A program made the translations under genes and the position numbers. Below the pieces are notes generated by a model. That model did not search any database. It was not told the origin of the DNA and was given only the letters and a program-made list of their open reading frames with translations. From an uncultured Chloroflexia bacterium (lineage in GTDB: Bacteria > Chloroflexota > Chloroflexia > QHBQ01 > JADMIH01), in the NCBI GenBank assembly GCA_963797095.1, contig CAWCNY010000001.1, positions 512,001-576,000 of the forward strand: a stretch of 64,000 nt of DNA, in the 5' to 3' direction. Shown piece by piece: positions 10,556 to 21,576 of this stretch (positions are counted from its first letter, which is position 1; every line of letters starts with the position of its first letter).

Positions 10556-11680
10556 TTATCTTGTTATTTCACCCGCTGCTTTTCTGACTGCCTTCTCGAG
10601 GTCTCGAAGGCTTGGTCTGGTGTATATCCTGGTGGTGTCCAGGCTCTCGTGCCCAAGGAGTGTAGCCACTTGGTCGAGAGGGATGCCTGCATCAACCAGG
10701 TTCTTGGCGAACGTATGGCGAAGGGTGTGAGCGGTGCAGTTCTCCAGACGAGCTTGATATGCGTACTTCCTCACCAGGTAGTCTATGCCTCGCTCGTTGA
10801 GCGGCCCTCTTTGTCCTACGAAGAGTGGACCTTTGGGCTGCTGGCTTCTGGCTTTACTGGAATTACCTGAAGGTCGCTTACGTCCGGACAACTGTTGCTC
10901 AGGCATTTGCTCAGGGAGTCGGAGTTGCTTTTTGCGTTTCTCGATGTAGCGAAGGAGTGCGGATCGCGTTCGGTTATCCAGGGGCACAACCCTGCTCTTG
11001 CCGCCTTTGCCCTCCCTGACCCGCACTAGCCCCTTGCGCTCGGTGACCTCCACATCTTCAATCCTGAGATTGGCAAGCTCAGAGATGCGAAGCCCTGTGC
11101 CAAGCAGGGTTTGAATGACGGCCAGATCTCGTATCGCGCTACTGATATTACTACCAGTATTGTCATCGCCCCTCTCGCTCCCGCCGCCGTTATCACTACC
11201 CTGATTGGCGCCGGTATGCTTGCCAGCCTGGCCAGATTGGCCAATCTGCTCAGTTTGACTCCCCTTACGCACGGCGCGCAGCAACGCAAGCTGTTCATTA
11301 GCGTCCAGCCATCTTGGGGCGACCTCTTGCTGGCCTTGTTCTCTGACGTAAACCCGCTCCAGCATTTCGAAAGGGCTCTCGTCAACCAGCTTCTGGTGGT
11401 GAGCCCATTTGAAGAAGCGGCGCAGCGAGATCAGCCTGCGGTTTACGGTCGCCGGGCTGACACCTGTTCGCAGCAGGTATCCTCGATACTCGGTAATGTC
11501 TCGCGGATCTACGGCCCGAGGAGAGATGTCCTCGCCGTTCGACGTGCGAAACCAGGCAGCGAAACTCTGTAGGTCTAGAAGATAGGCTCTGGTAGTGTGG
11601 TTGCTCTTGCCCGCAGTTTGCAGATACTCTCGATACTCATCGTACCCTTCAAACCTATGGTTCATATTCGCAGTCATCAC
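10556..11680 (-). CDS. Tyrosine recombinase/integrase (XerC/D-like)
   Basis: SAM-like N-domain (SPATVNRRLISLRRFF), TGLRISEL, GKGGKSR, HTLRHTFA, LLGHESLDTTRIY. Confidence 0.93.
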   Translation of the reverse strand: MMTANMNHRFEGYDEYREYLQTAGKSNHTTRAYLLDLQSFAAWFRTSNGEDISPRAVDPRDITEYRGYLLRTGVSPATVNRRLISLRRFFKWAHHQKLVDESPFEMLERVYVREQGQQEVAPRWLDANEQLALLRAVRKGSQTEQIGQSGQAGKHTGANQGSDNGGGSERGDDNTGSNISSAIRDLAVIQTLLGTGLRISELANLRIEDVEVTERKGLVRVREGKGGKSRVVPLDNRTRSALLRYIEKRKKQLRLPEQMPEQQLSGRKRPSGNSSKARSQQPKGPLFVGQRGPLNERGIDYLVRKYAYQARLENCTAHTLRHTFAKNLVDAGIPLDQVATLLGHESLDTTRIYTRPSLRDLEKAVRKAAGEITR

Positions 11681-11736
11681 CCTCGTCCTACGCTCAGGTT
11701 AAAGGGTTGGCATCGTCTCGTTTCGAGCCCTGAAGA

Positions 11737-11862
11737 ATTATCTACACAGTTTTTCGGGCGATAGGTGTCGGTTGACGCCAGCCTTCACGCAGAGGATTTT
11801 ACCACACTTGGGAGGAACTGTGCAGATAACGTATCTTATCTGCTGGCATTATCTACATAGTT
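11737..11862. promoter_or_regulatory. Probable tyrosine-recombinase binding/crossover site
   Basis: Palindrome GCAGATAA-cgtatc-TTATCTGC (11822-11843, 6-bp spacer) plus related copies ATTATCTACACAGTT (11737-11751) and ATTATCTACATAGTT (11848-11862), directly upstream of the recombinase gene. Confidence 0.65.
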
Positions 11863-12022
11863 CACGGGCTATCCCGAAATGAATTCCAAGCCCTATCAAA
11901 GTGACAGCGATGAACTTGGCACGTTGATGTACTCGCAATCATAGGTAGCCGGGTTTTCCCGAAGGAGGGTACGCACTTCAAAAGGCTGAGTCAGTACCTC
12001 AGAGGTAGTCATCAAGGGATCG

Positions 12023-13114
12023 TCATCGCGCATCCCAAACCCATAAGGTATCGCCAGTACTCGTCGATGCTAAGTACTTTCCATCGGGCGACCAAGCCAT
12101 GCTTGTCAGGGGCGCGTCGTGAGCAAGGGATAGGAGCAGTGCTCCGCTGCCAACCTCCCAGACACTTATTGTGCCGACCTCTCCGACAGCACCAGCCTGC
12201 CCAGCGCCAGCCAAGCGCTTACTATTGGGCGACCACCCAACTGCGATTATATTCCCCACCTGAGTAATATTCCTGGAAATCTGACCGCTGTTCGGATCTA
12301 TGACTACCACGCTATCTTCGCCTGTTGACACTGCAATTGCTTTACCGTCAGGTGACCAACTTACGTCTGGAGCACTTCCGGCAAGTGTGTTGCCCAGTGA
12401 GTTCACTTTGTCGTTCGCCACGTCCCAGGTCACTACTCGTGACTCCTTTAGATCTCCAGTAGTTGAGGCAAAAGCCAGCCGGCTACTATCTGGTGCCCAA
12501 GAAATAGAACCGACAAAGTTGGTATAGGTTATGGTAGCGGTCGGTATCCAAGAGGTAGGATCGTATAGGTATATTGCTCCGCCATCAACTGCAAAGTTCT
12601 GATCTTTGATACGTCCACTCATGGCTACTGCGAGCTGTTTTCCATCCGGTGACCATGCCACTTCTGTTGCGCCGCTACCAGGGTTATCACTAAATACCTT
12701 GCTCTTATTCCTAACGTCCCAGATTTGCAGCTTGTCCGTTGGCTGTAAGGCGGCAACGGCCAGGTATTTTCCATCAGGAGACCACGAGACGCCATGTTTG
12801 TCCGCCTTGAGTGGAAGACTAGCCACAAGGCGTTGTCCCCGAACGTCCCAGATCTGCAATGGGGCGAAGCTGGATGCTACAGCAATTTCGCTGCTGTCAG
12901 GTGACCATGCTAGGGTATTTGGAGATGGACTCTGGCCATCAATCCGAGCAATGAGTTTTTGGCTGGTGGGAGTAGCCATGGGCAGGGTTGTTGCTGTTGT
13001 TACTATGGGCACCGTTGCCGGAGAAATGCTCGCACAGCCTACCAAGAGAATTGCTGCCATTAGGCAAAGGGCTACTTGAAGGAGCACAATTTGGACCGGC
13101 TTCAATCTTATCAT
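12023..13114 (-). CDS. WD40-repeat (beta-propeller) lipoprotein, possible immunity protein
   Basis: Signal peptide with an LVGC lipobox, T/P-rich tether, and seven 'WSPDG...WD'-type repeats. Confidence 0.85.
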   Translation of the reverse strand: MIRLKPVQIVLLQVALCLMAAILLVGCASISPATVPIVTTATTLPMATPTSQKLIARIDGQSPSPNTLAWSPDSSEIAVASSFAPLQIWDVRGQRLVASLPLKADKHGVSWSPDGKYLAVAALQPTDKLQIWDVRNKSKVFSDNPGSGATEVAWSPDGKQLAVAMSGRIKDQNFAVDGGAIYLYDPTSWIPTATITYTNFVGSISWAPDSSRLAFASTTGDLKESRVVTWDVANDKVNSLGNTLAGSAPDVSWSPDGKAIAVSTGEDSVVVIDPNSGQISRNITQVGNIIAVGWSPNSKRLAGAGQAGAVGEVGTISVWEVGSGALLLSLAHDAPLTSMAWSPDGKYLASTSTGDTLWVWDAR

Positions 13115-13340
13115 AGGATGCGTTCCCTTCTCTTACTATCCGCCACAAAGGAATCAGAACCGAGCCGAGCGAGTTACTCAAGACTATGTACTGCAAGCTT
13201 CACGTGGTAAAAATCATGGGCCAGAAACGCCAATCATTCTCGTCCAAATCATGTTTGTGGGTGGGCAGATGCTCAGTGATTAGGATTCACGTAGGGATCG
13301 ACCAGGCATCCGAGTGGGTTCACTGTACAATAACCTTCCA

Positions 13341-14024
13341 TTATCTGTGCTTCTGCTGACAAAGCCAAGGCATGGAAACCTCCCTAATCGTTGGATCTGT
13401 TAAAGGGGTTCTGATCCCCTTCATTTGCAGCAGCCTCACTTGATCAGAAACTCCTCGGAAGAACGTCATTACCAATGCTTCTCGATCATTCATGTAGCTT
13501 CTTCGGGCATCCGCATAATTCGTACCGAAGGTTTCACCCAATTGTTCGGCTACACCGTGAGCTTTCAACAATAGTCCACCATGAGCGTCAAAATTGCCTC
13601 CAAGTTGGTCGTATAACTTGAAAGTTAACGACCATGCGTTTGCCGCTGAATTTAGCATTTGCTGTTCGCTCTTGGAGCCTCCAACCAATGCGACATGCTG
13701 TCCATGGCTTGTAAGGTCGCCCGCTTGAATTGCAAACAGAACGCCAGCGTCCGCCAGTGACGCCCAACTAATACCGTGCGTTCCATTTAGGTCAACAACC
13801 CTTGAATCCCGGAAATACTCTATAACTCCTAGAATAGAGTTGAACATATCTCCAAGCTTCATATATTTCGCAAACGCCTCAAGCCAAGCTATTCGTTCAT
13901 CAGCGGTCATATTGTCAAAATCACTTGTAGTACAGTCAAGGTCCTTATCACTCTCAACCTTACTACTGCAGTGGCCAGTTGGGTCCTTGCGCGTGAGCGG
14001 TGCGTTTACTACATAACTATAACG
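13341..14024 (-). pseudogene. Orphan RHS-repeat C-terminal tip (polymorphic toxin domain of unknown type)
   Basis: In frame upstream of the track ORF lies RYSYVVNAPLTRKDPTGH (14024-13971), the RHS core terminal motif PxxxxDPxG. The upstream core is missing at the IS630 end. Confidence 0.8.
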
Positions 14025-14037
14025 ATATTATGGCTCC

Positions 14038-14437
14038 TAGTACCTTACCAACTAAACATCAACAGTTTTTGACTGAAGGGGATACAAGCGCCTAAGCTTG
14101 ATGCGAGCATCAGCAGTAGTGAAGTGCCACCTGACGGTGGTGTGGGCGTCGTTACGCGACTGCTCCCATGCTCGGGCTTCGCTGACCAGTGTCTCCTTAT
14201 CGGGTATGCGCCGCGAGAGACACTGCAACTGCAATACCGATAGCTCTATCTCAGCCATATTCAGCCAGGAGCCATGCTCAGGTGTGTAGTGCCACTCAAT
14301 TCGTGTGGCGATACGCTCTGCTTCTTCAGGTGCAAACGCTTCGTACAGCACCCAAGGGCCATGCGTGTTGAGGTTGTCTACCACTAGCACAATTACCTCA
14401 GCGTCTGGATAGCGTTCATCCACCATGATGCGTAGCT
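14038..14437 (-). pseudogene. IS630-family transposase C-terminal fragment and element end
   Basis: [42 protein letters not shown]; GTACTAG-type end near 14038; truncated by the Tn3 IR at 14438. Confidence 0.85.
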
Positions 14438-14481
14438 GGGGGTTTTTGCATATCCCCCCAAAACGGTGCATTTGGCTCCGG

Positions 14482-17400
14482 CTATTCCTCTTCCCCTTCC
14501 ACTTCCTCTACTGCAATGATTGGGCGATCGGCAAGTTCTTGCACAACCGCGTCGAGGTCAATGGATTGCGGGCTGGTGGTGAACTCATAGCGTCCATGGA
14601 AATTGATGTGCTGCCACGCCACTGGGGAGATCTGAGCGACCAACTCGGCGCCCGCCATATTCCCAGCAGCTTCTTTGTGTGTCCACAACCCCGATAGAAT
14701 GCTTGTGTTGTAGAAGATGATGCAGTTGGTTATCAATCGACTGCACTCGTGCCACAGCCCTTGATCTTCTGTGGTCCTAAAGCGTAGCTTCCCAAAGTTG
14801 GCGTAGGAGACCGCTCGGCGCAACTGATGATAATTCTCGCCCCGGTTCAGTGCCTTCTGCACGTTCTTGCGTATGAGCGGCGAGTCCACAAAGTCGAGCA
14901 GATACAGACTGCTGATGATATTGTCGTATTCCCACAGAGCCTGGCGAGTTTTGTTTCTCCGAGCGTACGCGTTGAGTTTGCCCACGATGATACTCTGCGT
15001 AGTCGTTTTCAGTGCCAATGAAACGAAGATCCTCCGCAGGTTGTCCCATTCCGCCAGGATCAACTCTGTATTCAGCTTGCGGACCGGTTTGAGGATCACG
15101 TCGCTGTATTGGCTGGGATGCGCAAAGCCATACAATGAGGTGCGCACCTTTTCCTCGATTCCAGCATAGCGCGGAGCAAACTGGTAGCCGAAAATGGAGA
15201 GCAGAGCGAAATTCACCTGGTTGGTCCCGTGGGTATCTGTGGAATGTACTTCGGGCTGAATGTCCGTTGTGTTGTTGAAGAGCAGATCGAAGACATAACG
15301 GCTCTCATGGTCGTGAGCGCCTATCATGTCTGCATTCACCGGCACATGGTTGGCAATCAGCGTGTAGGCAACCACCCCCTTTTTGAGGCCGAAGTACTTT
15401 GGCGAATGACGGGCATTGAATGTAGGCACAGCTGTCTCAAACTTCTGCCCGTCGCTACTCGAATGGACTACACCGCCCAGATCATACTGCCGAAAGATAG
15501 GGAGGGCCGCGATGGCGTTTGCCACACAATCGTTGGCAGCTTTCAAAGTTTCGAGGCGTAGAAAGTTCTCCGAGGTGCGTGCGAGCGTGTAGAAGCCAAT
15601 GTCGGAGATTTCGCCCATCCGCCCCAGGCCCATGTTGGTCCCCCATGCTACAAGGCAGGCACTGATCACGTGGGTGATACGATCATCAACCTCTTGTTTG
15701 CTATAACGCCCGAGAACATGCTCAAAGCAGTCCATGAAGTGGCAATGGCAGTCAACGAAATGGAGCAGACTGGCAATATTGACCTGGCCTAGCGTGTCGA
15801 ACACAGGGTGGTTGATAGGCTCGGTGCTTTTGGGATACTGCAGGGTCCAGCGCGTCCGGGGCGTGCGGCTGCCTCCTCCCTTATCCCTGCTCTTGCCCTT
15901 GATCTGAAAGTGGCTGTTCTCCCCGGCACTGATGCGCGCGTTGACAGCGGCAATACGCTCCTCCAACTGACATTCGAGGTCAGCAAGATGCTCCTGGATG
16001 GGTTGTAACAGAGAGGACAAGCCCGTTTCGGTGAGTAAGGTGGCCTTGTTTTGTTGCCATTCCTGTTCATCAATGAGATCATCCTCAAAACTGCGGAACC
16101 GCACGCTGGTGGGGCAATAGAGATCGCCGGCCTCCAACCCATTGCGTAGTAGCCGATAGACAAGAAACTCGTAGCGGTCAGGGTTGAGTTGTTTGTGGCC
16201 AGTAGCGCCGGTGCCGTTACGGTCGCGATCACGCTGATCGCGGGTATGACGGTGATAGAGGCAGCGTTTGTCTCGAACCGGCATGAAGTGGGTAGGGAAG
16301 TCCACTGCATCTATCTGCCGGAGGGAGCGGTCTTTTTGAAAGGCCATCTTGAGAAACTCTCCTGCCTCCAGAATGGGGGCATTAGCACGGGTGGCCTCAA
16401 GATCGACCGCTCGTAGGATGGGACGTAAATGCTGCTTGAAGCGCCGAGCCATCAGGTCAAGATGCGCCCATTGAAGGTCGGTTTCGTCAAAGCTCGCCTC
16501 CCCTGCAATGTAGTCCGCAACCGCAGCCAAGCGCATACGGTCAAGCATGGTAAAGGCTGTGGCTTGGACATCCCTGAATGAGGTTTCCGGCGCGTAATCG
16601 GTCGTGAAGAGCTTGAGAACCTGGCCGGCCCTGGGCAAGTCCCGGTTGTTTAGCACCCTTTGCTGATAGACCGCTTCCTTGGCGGCAGTTTTGGCTTCAT
16701 CATTGTACTGCTTCACCAGATGAATGAAGCAGGTGAGCAGATTGTCCGAGAAGCACTGATATCGATGGACGATAAAACAGAGCAGATACAAGTACACCAT
16801 CCATGGGTCCAGTTGCTTGAGCCGGAAGACGGAATAGTACGAGACCAAGGAAGAGTAGTAGGTAATGGCTTCGTTGGAGATGCCCAACTGCGGCACGATC
16901 TGCATGGCCAGATGGTATAGCGGAGCGAGTTGCTCGCCGCAGGTTATTTCACGGCGCATTTCTCCCAGGCTGAAGTCTCTGGGCTGATGTTTCAGCAGCG
17001 TGATGGCATAGAGCCCCTCGGTTTCGGCGAGAGCGACGAGTTGGTCGAGCGCTACACACACAGTGGGAGACAACTTTGTCTGAAGCATGGTCATCAAGCG
17101 CTTGGCTTCCGCAGTTAGCGCCTTGCCGACGATCTCCTCCTGGAGTACGGTATAGCCGGGGCTGACAATGCGCTGTTCGGTCAGATAGTGAAGTATCTCG
17201 CGAAAGACATAGACAGGTTTGCTGCTGATGCGAGCGGCCTGTTGGGCACGAAGGAACAAGCGCTTGCGGTCCGTAGGCGTGCAGAGCCGATACTGGAACA
17301 GTTCCAGGATACGCTGCCGCTGTTTGAGGATGGTGCGTTTATTGAGAGGGCGCAGTTTTGGCTGTGGTTCATGTTGGCCATCAGTGCCACTCGACCCACC

Positions 17401-17757
17401 TGGCCTATCTGGCCCAAGTGGGTCGAGTGGCACCCCAGGGAAATAGCGTTGGAGGAGGTGCGTCACATCGTTAGCAACGTCATGAAAGGTAAAGGTGAAG
17501 AAAAGCTGTTTGGCTTTGAAGTAGCCCAGTTGGAGGATGAAGTATAGCTGGACGTGAATGGGTGAAAAGGAAGCGAGTAGGTCCTTCTCGGACTGGGTGA
17601 GCATGAAAGCTTGGATTCTATCGTCTTCAGTGAAGAGCGGTCTAGCGTAGAGGGCCTCGATTTCCTGGTCATCGAGGATGTATAGCCGCTTTGGTGTCTT
17701 GCTGGGCTCGCTGGCCTTGGCCTCACCCACTTCCAGGTTTGTCACAAGATTGGTCAC
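14482..17757 (-). CDS. tnpA: Tn3-family transposase
   Basis: 1091 aa; [37 protein letters not shown] motifs. Confidence 0.95.
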   Translation of the reverse strand: MTNLVTNLEVGEAKASEPSKTPKRLYILDDQEIEALYARPLFTEDDRIQAFMLTQSEKDLLASFSPIHVQLYFILQLGYFKAKQLFFTFTFHDVANDVTHLLQRYFPGVPLDPLGPDRPGGSSGTDGQHEPQPKLRPLNKRTILKQRQRILELFQYRLCTPTDRKRLFLRAQQAARISSKPVYVFREILHYLTEQRIVSPGYTVLQEEIVGKALTAEAKRLMTMLQTKLSPTVCVALDQLVALAETEGLYAITLLKHQPRDFSLGEMRREITCGEQLAPLYHLAMQIVPQLGISNEAITYYSSLVSYYSVFRLKQLDPWMVYLYLLCFIVHRYQCFSDNLLTCFIHLVKQYNDEAKTAAKEAVYQQRVLNNRDLPRAGQVLKLFTTDYAPETSFRDVQATAFTMLDRMRLAAVADYIAGEASFDETDLQWAHLDLMARRFKQHLRPILRAVDLEATRANAPILEAGEFLKMAFQKDRSLRQIDAVDFPTHFMPVRDKRCLYHRHTRDQRDRDRNGTGATGHKQLNPDRYEFLVYRLLRNGLEAGDLYCPTSVRFRSFEDDLIDEQEWQQNKATLLTETGLSSLLQPIQEHLADLECQLEERIAAVNARISAGENSHFQIKGKSRDKGGGSRTPRTRWTLQYPKSTEPINHPVFDTLGQVNIASLLHFVDCHCHFMDCFEHVLGRYSKQEVDDRITHVISACLVAWGTNMGLGRMGEISDIGFYTLARTSENFLRLETLKAANDCVANAIAALPIFRQYDLGGVVHSSSDGQKFETAVPTFNARHSPKYFGLKKGVVAYTLIANHVPVNADMIGAHDHESRYVFDLLFNNTTDIQPEVHSTDTHGTNQVNFALLSIFGYQFAPRYAGIEEKVRTSLYGFAHPSQYSDVILKPVRKLNTELILAEWDNLRRIFVSLALKTTTQSIIVGKLNAYARRNKTRQALWEYDNIISSLYLLDFVDSPLIRKNVQKALNRGENYHQLRRAVSYANFGKLRFRTTEDQGLWHECSRLITNCIIFYNTSILSGLWTHKEAAGNMAGAELVAQISPVAWQHINFHGRYEFTTSPQSIDLDAVVQELADRPIIAVEEVEGEEE

Positions 17758-17838
17758 ACTGCTCCTTCGTTATGAGAGGACAATCGTGTCAGCGCCCAAA
17801 GTCTCAAAAAGTATACAATTAAATCCCGTCCAGATCCC

Positions 17839-19305
17839 GTAAGTGTTCAGACTAATGGTGTAGAGGGTTGAACCAAGAGGAGCATACATTCTGAGAAGGG
17901 ATTGAGACCCTTAGCACGCCAGGTGCCAAACAAGGAGGCCAACGTCATGCGAGTGCGTGAGCCGCGCTCGGATTGAGAGCCGCCTGATACCTTACGCATC
18001 ACCACCACAGGACGTACCGAGCGCTCGGCCAGGTTGTTGTCAGCCGACAAGCCCTCTTGTAGCACGAACTGAAACAGGCTGTCCTGGTGCAGCATCAATC
18101 GTTTGGACAATGTGTGGCATGGGTGAGCACCATGTTCTTTGGCATTTGAGTACCGCCCTGCCAGTTGTGCCACACCTTCAACCAGTTCTATGTAGAGCAC
18201 TTCTCGTTGTTGCTGGGTGGGAGGCCATCGTCCCCAACGACCCTTACCTTTCAAGGCGTTTTGAGCCTGGTCGTACAGCTTGCGTAACTGAGCAGCCCAA
18301 CCCAGCACTGCCTCGTTATCCGGACCCTCTTTGTGCTCTTCTTTCAGCTTATGTAAGTCTCTCAGCAGATGCACCCAGCAGCGTTGGTGCTCACATGGCA
18401 AGTCGTTGTACGCTACATAGAAGTCGGTCACAAGGGTGCCTTTGAACTCTGAGCCGAGTATCCGTTTGACTACAGCCCCTGCTCGTGAGTGGTCATACTC
18501 GTAGTATCGCTCACCATCGGGTGTACAAAAGCACCAGATGTAGCCGTTGTGTCCCCCTTCTCGCCACCCTGTTTCATCGCCATGCACGATAGCACTCTTT
18601 CTCACCCGTTCCTTGATTGACTGGGTAGCCGCTTGCACCTTTTCAGCCCCTGCCACTCGATGCAGCAACTCCACTATCTCTCCAGTGGAGATGGTCAGAT
18701 TGTGCAGGCTCAACAGGTACTCCCTGATGAGGCGGACCGGCATTCTCAATGTGGTACGTAGGTAAGCTATGAGGGAGGCAATGCGTACTCCCATTCTGCT
18801 TTGTCCGATTACCTGTGTGCTCAGGTCAACGTGCGCCTGATGCCACTTCTCACAACGAGGGCACCAACTCTTGTACAACTGGTGCTCGGTAACTTCTACA
18901 GGAAGGGGAGGAGGCAGTTCTATCACCTGACGGCGCTGGGCGATTTGGGGGTGTTGCAGAGGGTAGGCGCAGGTGGGACACTGCTGCACTGTATGCTGTA
19001 TCGTTTGGGTGGGGTTTTGCTCCCGACGACGAGCACCGTTTTGGTCTTTGGCTCGTTTGCGGCGGGGCTGCTTTTGGGCTTTGTCTTTGGGTTTGGCACT
19101 GTTGGGCTTGACGAAGGAAGGTGGTTTGCTCTTGTTCTCTCTGTACTTGTCCAGTTCTGCACGTAGTTGAGCAATCACAGCCAATGCTTGCTCAAGCTGT
19201 TCACGTAGCTGCCTATTCTCTTCCCTCAGCTGGGCAACTTCTTCTTCAACAGTCATGCCCATAGCATATAGTGGAAATTGCTCCACCTCAAGTCTGAACA
19301 CTTAC
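17839..19305 (-). mobile_element. IS66-family (single-ORF, ISBst12-like) insertion sequence
   Basis: Perfect 15-bp IRs GTAAGTGTTCAGACT; 8-bp target duplication CAGATCCC at 17831-17838 and 19306-19313. Confidence 0.95.
17847..19264 (-). CDS. IS66-family transposase
   Basis: N-terminal coiled coil, CPTC/CPRC zinc finger, HGDETGW, LVTDFY, QRCWVHLLR, NNLAERSVR. The track's start lies in the IR, so the true start is probably an ATG near 19264-19256. Confidence 0.92.
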
Positions 19306-19459
19306 CAGATCCCAGCGTCTTGACGCGTCTCATAACATGTCTCATAATCCGATTATCATAGCTTCTTAAGGTTTCTGAGACGACCCCCCTCAGACAATAG
19401 GATAGACAACAGGAGAATCGAAACAACAAAATAGACAGTAGCCCAGAGAACGGGAGCAT

Positions 19460-20023
19460 GTGATGGCGCTGATTGGCTATGCGCGGGTTAGCTCGGCGGG
19501 GCAGAGTCTCGAGGTCCAACAAGATACGCTGAAGCACTGCGACAAGCTCTTTGAAGAGAAGCGCAGTGGTAGTGGCACATCTGATAAACGTCCGCGCCTG
19601 GTAGCCTGCCTGGAATACGTCCGCGAAGGTGATACACTCGTCGTTACCCGACTGGACCGCCTGGCGCGTTCAACGCTGCACCTGTGCCAGATCGCTGAGC
19701 AACTTGCGCGTAAGGGGGTTCAGTTGCAGGTGCTGGATCAGCAAATCAACACCAACGACGCCACCGGACGGCTACTATTTAATATGTTGGGGGCAATTGG
19801 CCAATTCGAGACGGAGATCCGTGCTGAACGTCAAATGGATGGCATTGCGAAGGCCAAAGCGAAGGGCGTGCCGTTTGGTAGGCACAAGAGCCTGACGGAC
19901 CAGCAGATTGCTGATATACGGACCAAACGACAGCAGGGAACGACCATACGAACCTTGATGAAAGAATATGGCGTCTCAAAAGCGACGGTCTACCGCTACC
20001 TTCAGGATCCCGCGATCCCGTGA
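19460..20023 (+). CDS. tnpR: Serine resolvase of the Tn3 element
   Basis: IGYARVSS, VTRLDRLARS, C-terminal HTH (GVSKATVYRY). Confidence 0.95.
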   Translation: MMALIGYARVSSAGQSLEVQQDTLKHCDKLFEEKRSGSGTSDKRPRLVACLEYVREGDTLVVTRLDRLARSTLHLCQIAEQLARKGVQLQVLDQQINTNDATGRLLFNMLGAIGQFETEIRAERQMDGIAKAKAKGVPFGRHKSLTDQQIADIRTKRQQGTTIRTLMKEYGVSKATVYRYLQDPAIP

Positions 20024-20131
20024 ACCCTAAAATGCACCGTTTTGGGGGGATATGCAAAAACCTCCATATAGCACACGAGCGGATGGGAGTTTCTCGGCTC
20101 ACGATAAATAAGAGATAGAAGGGGGGATTGG

Positions 20132-21421
20132 ATGTCTACTTTGCGGGTAGTACACACGGCCGACCTGCATTTCGGGGTGGAGAACTACGGCCATATGGAT
20201 CCTGATACAGGCCTGTCGACGCGTCTAAGCGACTTCATTCGCACGTTCAACGAGACGATCGACTGGGCTATCGACAAAAAGGTCCATCTCTTCGTGATCG
20301 CGGGAGACCTTTTCAAGAATCGCGAGCCGAACCCTACCGTGCAGCGGGAACTGTCGCGCTGCATTCGTAGACTCTCCAGAGTTGGGATACCTACCTTCAT
20401 TATCACCGGAAACCATGACGTGCCGCATGCCTGGCAGCGAGCCAATCCCATGGAGATTTACTCAATGCTCGAGGTACCGTATGTGACGATTGCGTGGAAG
20501 CCGGGATTACACACCATCGAGACTAAAGCTGGGCCTGTGCAGGTTGTTGCTCTGCCCTGGGTGGCGAGGTCACAACTCACGCTCGACGGAGCAGCGAGAA
20601 ACCTGACGCCGGACGAACTGTCGCACCTAGCCGTGCTACTGATCGAGGATTTCGTCACCAAGATGTCGGCGCAGATCAACAGGTCGCTGCCGGCGATCAT
20701 GGTGGCGCACTGCGCCGTGTCTGAAGCTACCACGTCCACCGAGAGATCAATGATGCTCGGCAATGAGCCGTCAATACCCCGCTCCGTGCTGCTCAACGAG
20801 GCATTCGATTATGTTGCACTGGGGCACGTGCACAAGTACCAGGTTTTAGGGCATGGCAGGCCGATGATGGCCTATCCGGGATCTCTGGAGCGTATCGACT
20901 TTGGTGAAGAGAAAGACAAGAAGGGATTCATCTCGGTCGAGATCGATAAGGTGGGTCAGGGGAGCGGCGACGAGCGGAAGGTGGAACTGGAGTTCCACGA
21001 GGTACAGGCAAGGCGCTTCGTGACACTGGCGATAACAGTCGATAAAGAGGAGCCGACCGAGCAGATCCTGCGCTACCTGGAATCTCATGGAGCCGACCTG
21101 AAGGACGCGGTAGTGCGGCTGATCATAACCGTTCCCAGTGAGGCTGCTTACTCGCTCCGCCGCAACGATGTATACCGGGCGATGCGAGAGCTCGGAGCCT
21201 CGTACCAGGTTGTGAATTTCGATGTGGAGCGGACGTCTCGAACTCGGCTTGGCAATGTTGCCATGTCAAACATGAGCCGGGAGGATCTGCTGAGGTGGTA
21301 TCTGGACACCAAGGGCGCGTCGAAGCAATATGCCGAAGAGGTAGTTACCGAGTACAACGTGCTGTCAGGAGTGCTCGATGAAGAAAGAAGCTGGGCGGCG
21401 CTGACGCCGGCACATCAATAG
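20132..21421 (+). CDS. sbcD: SbcD/Mre11-family metallophosphoesterase nuclease
   Basis: HTADLHFG, AGDLF, GNHD, ALGHVH, YPGSLERIDFGE. Confidence 0.93.
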   Translation: MSTLRVVHTADLHFGVENYGHMDPDTGLSTRLSDFIRTFNETIDWAIDKKVHLFVIAGDLFKNREPNPTVQRELSRCIRRLSRVGIPTFIITGNHDVPHAWQRANPMEIYSMLEVPYVTIAWKPGLHTIETKAGPVQVVALPWVARSQLTLDGAARNLTPDELSHLAVLLIEDFVTKMSAQINRSLPAIMVAHCAVSEATTSTERSMMLGNEPSIPRSVLLNEAFDYVALGHVHKYQVLGHGRPMMAYPGSLERIDFGEEKDKKGFISVEIDKVGQGSGDERKVELEFHEVQARRFVTLAITVDKEEPTEQILRYLESHGADLKDAVVRLIITVPSEAAYSLRRNDVYRAMRELGASYQVVNFDVERTSRTRLGNVAMSNMSREDLLRWYLDTKGASKQYAEEVVTEYNVLSGVLDEERSWAALTPAHQ

Positions 21422-21576
21422 TAGACATTAGTAGACATTGGGGAATCGGGGCACGAGGTACTAAGCACGAGCAGTCGGAAGCGAGTTGTGTAGACAGCCG
21501 GGATGTGTGCGTTCCAGACGTGACGCAGCCCCATATAGTTGCGTAGGCAAGGGAAAAAGGAGAAAGGGAGAGAGCC

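Larger units (their letters stand above)
14438..20065. mobile_element. Tn3-family transposon (divergent tnpA/tnpR) carrying an IS66 insertion
   Basis: 36-bp terminal IRs GGGGGTTTTTGCATATCCCCCCAAAACGGTGCATTT (from 14438) and its complement ending at 20065, with one mismatch. No 5-bp target duplication (TAGCT vs ATATA). Confidence 0.92.
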
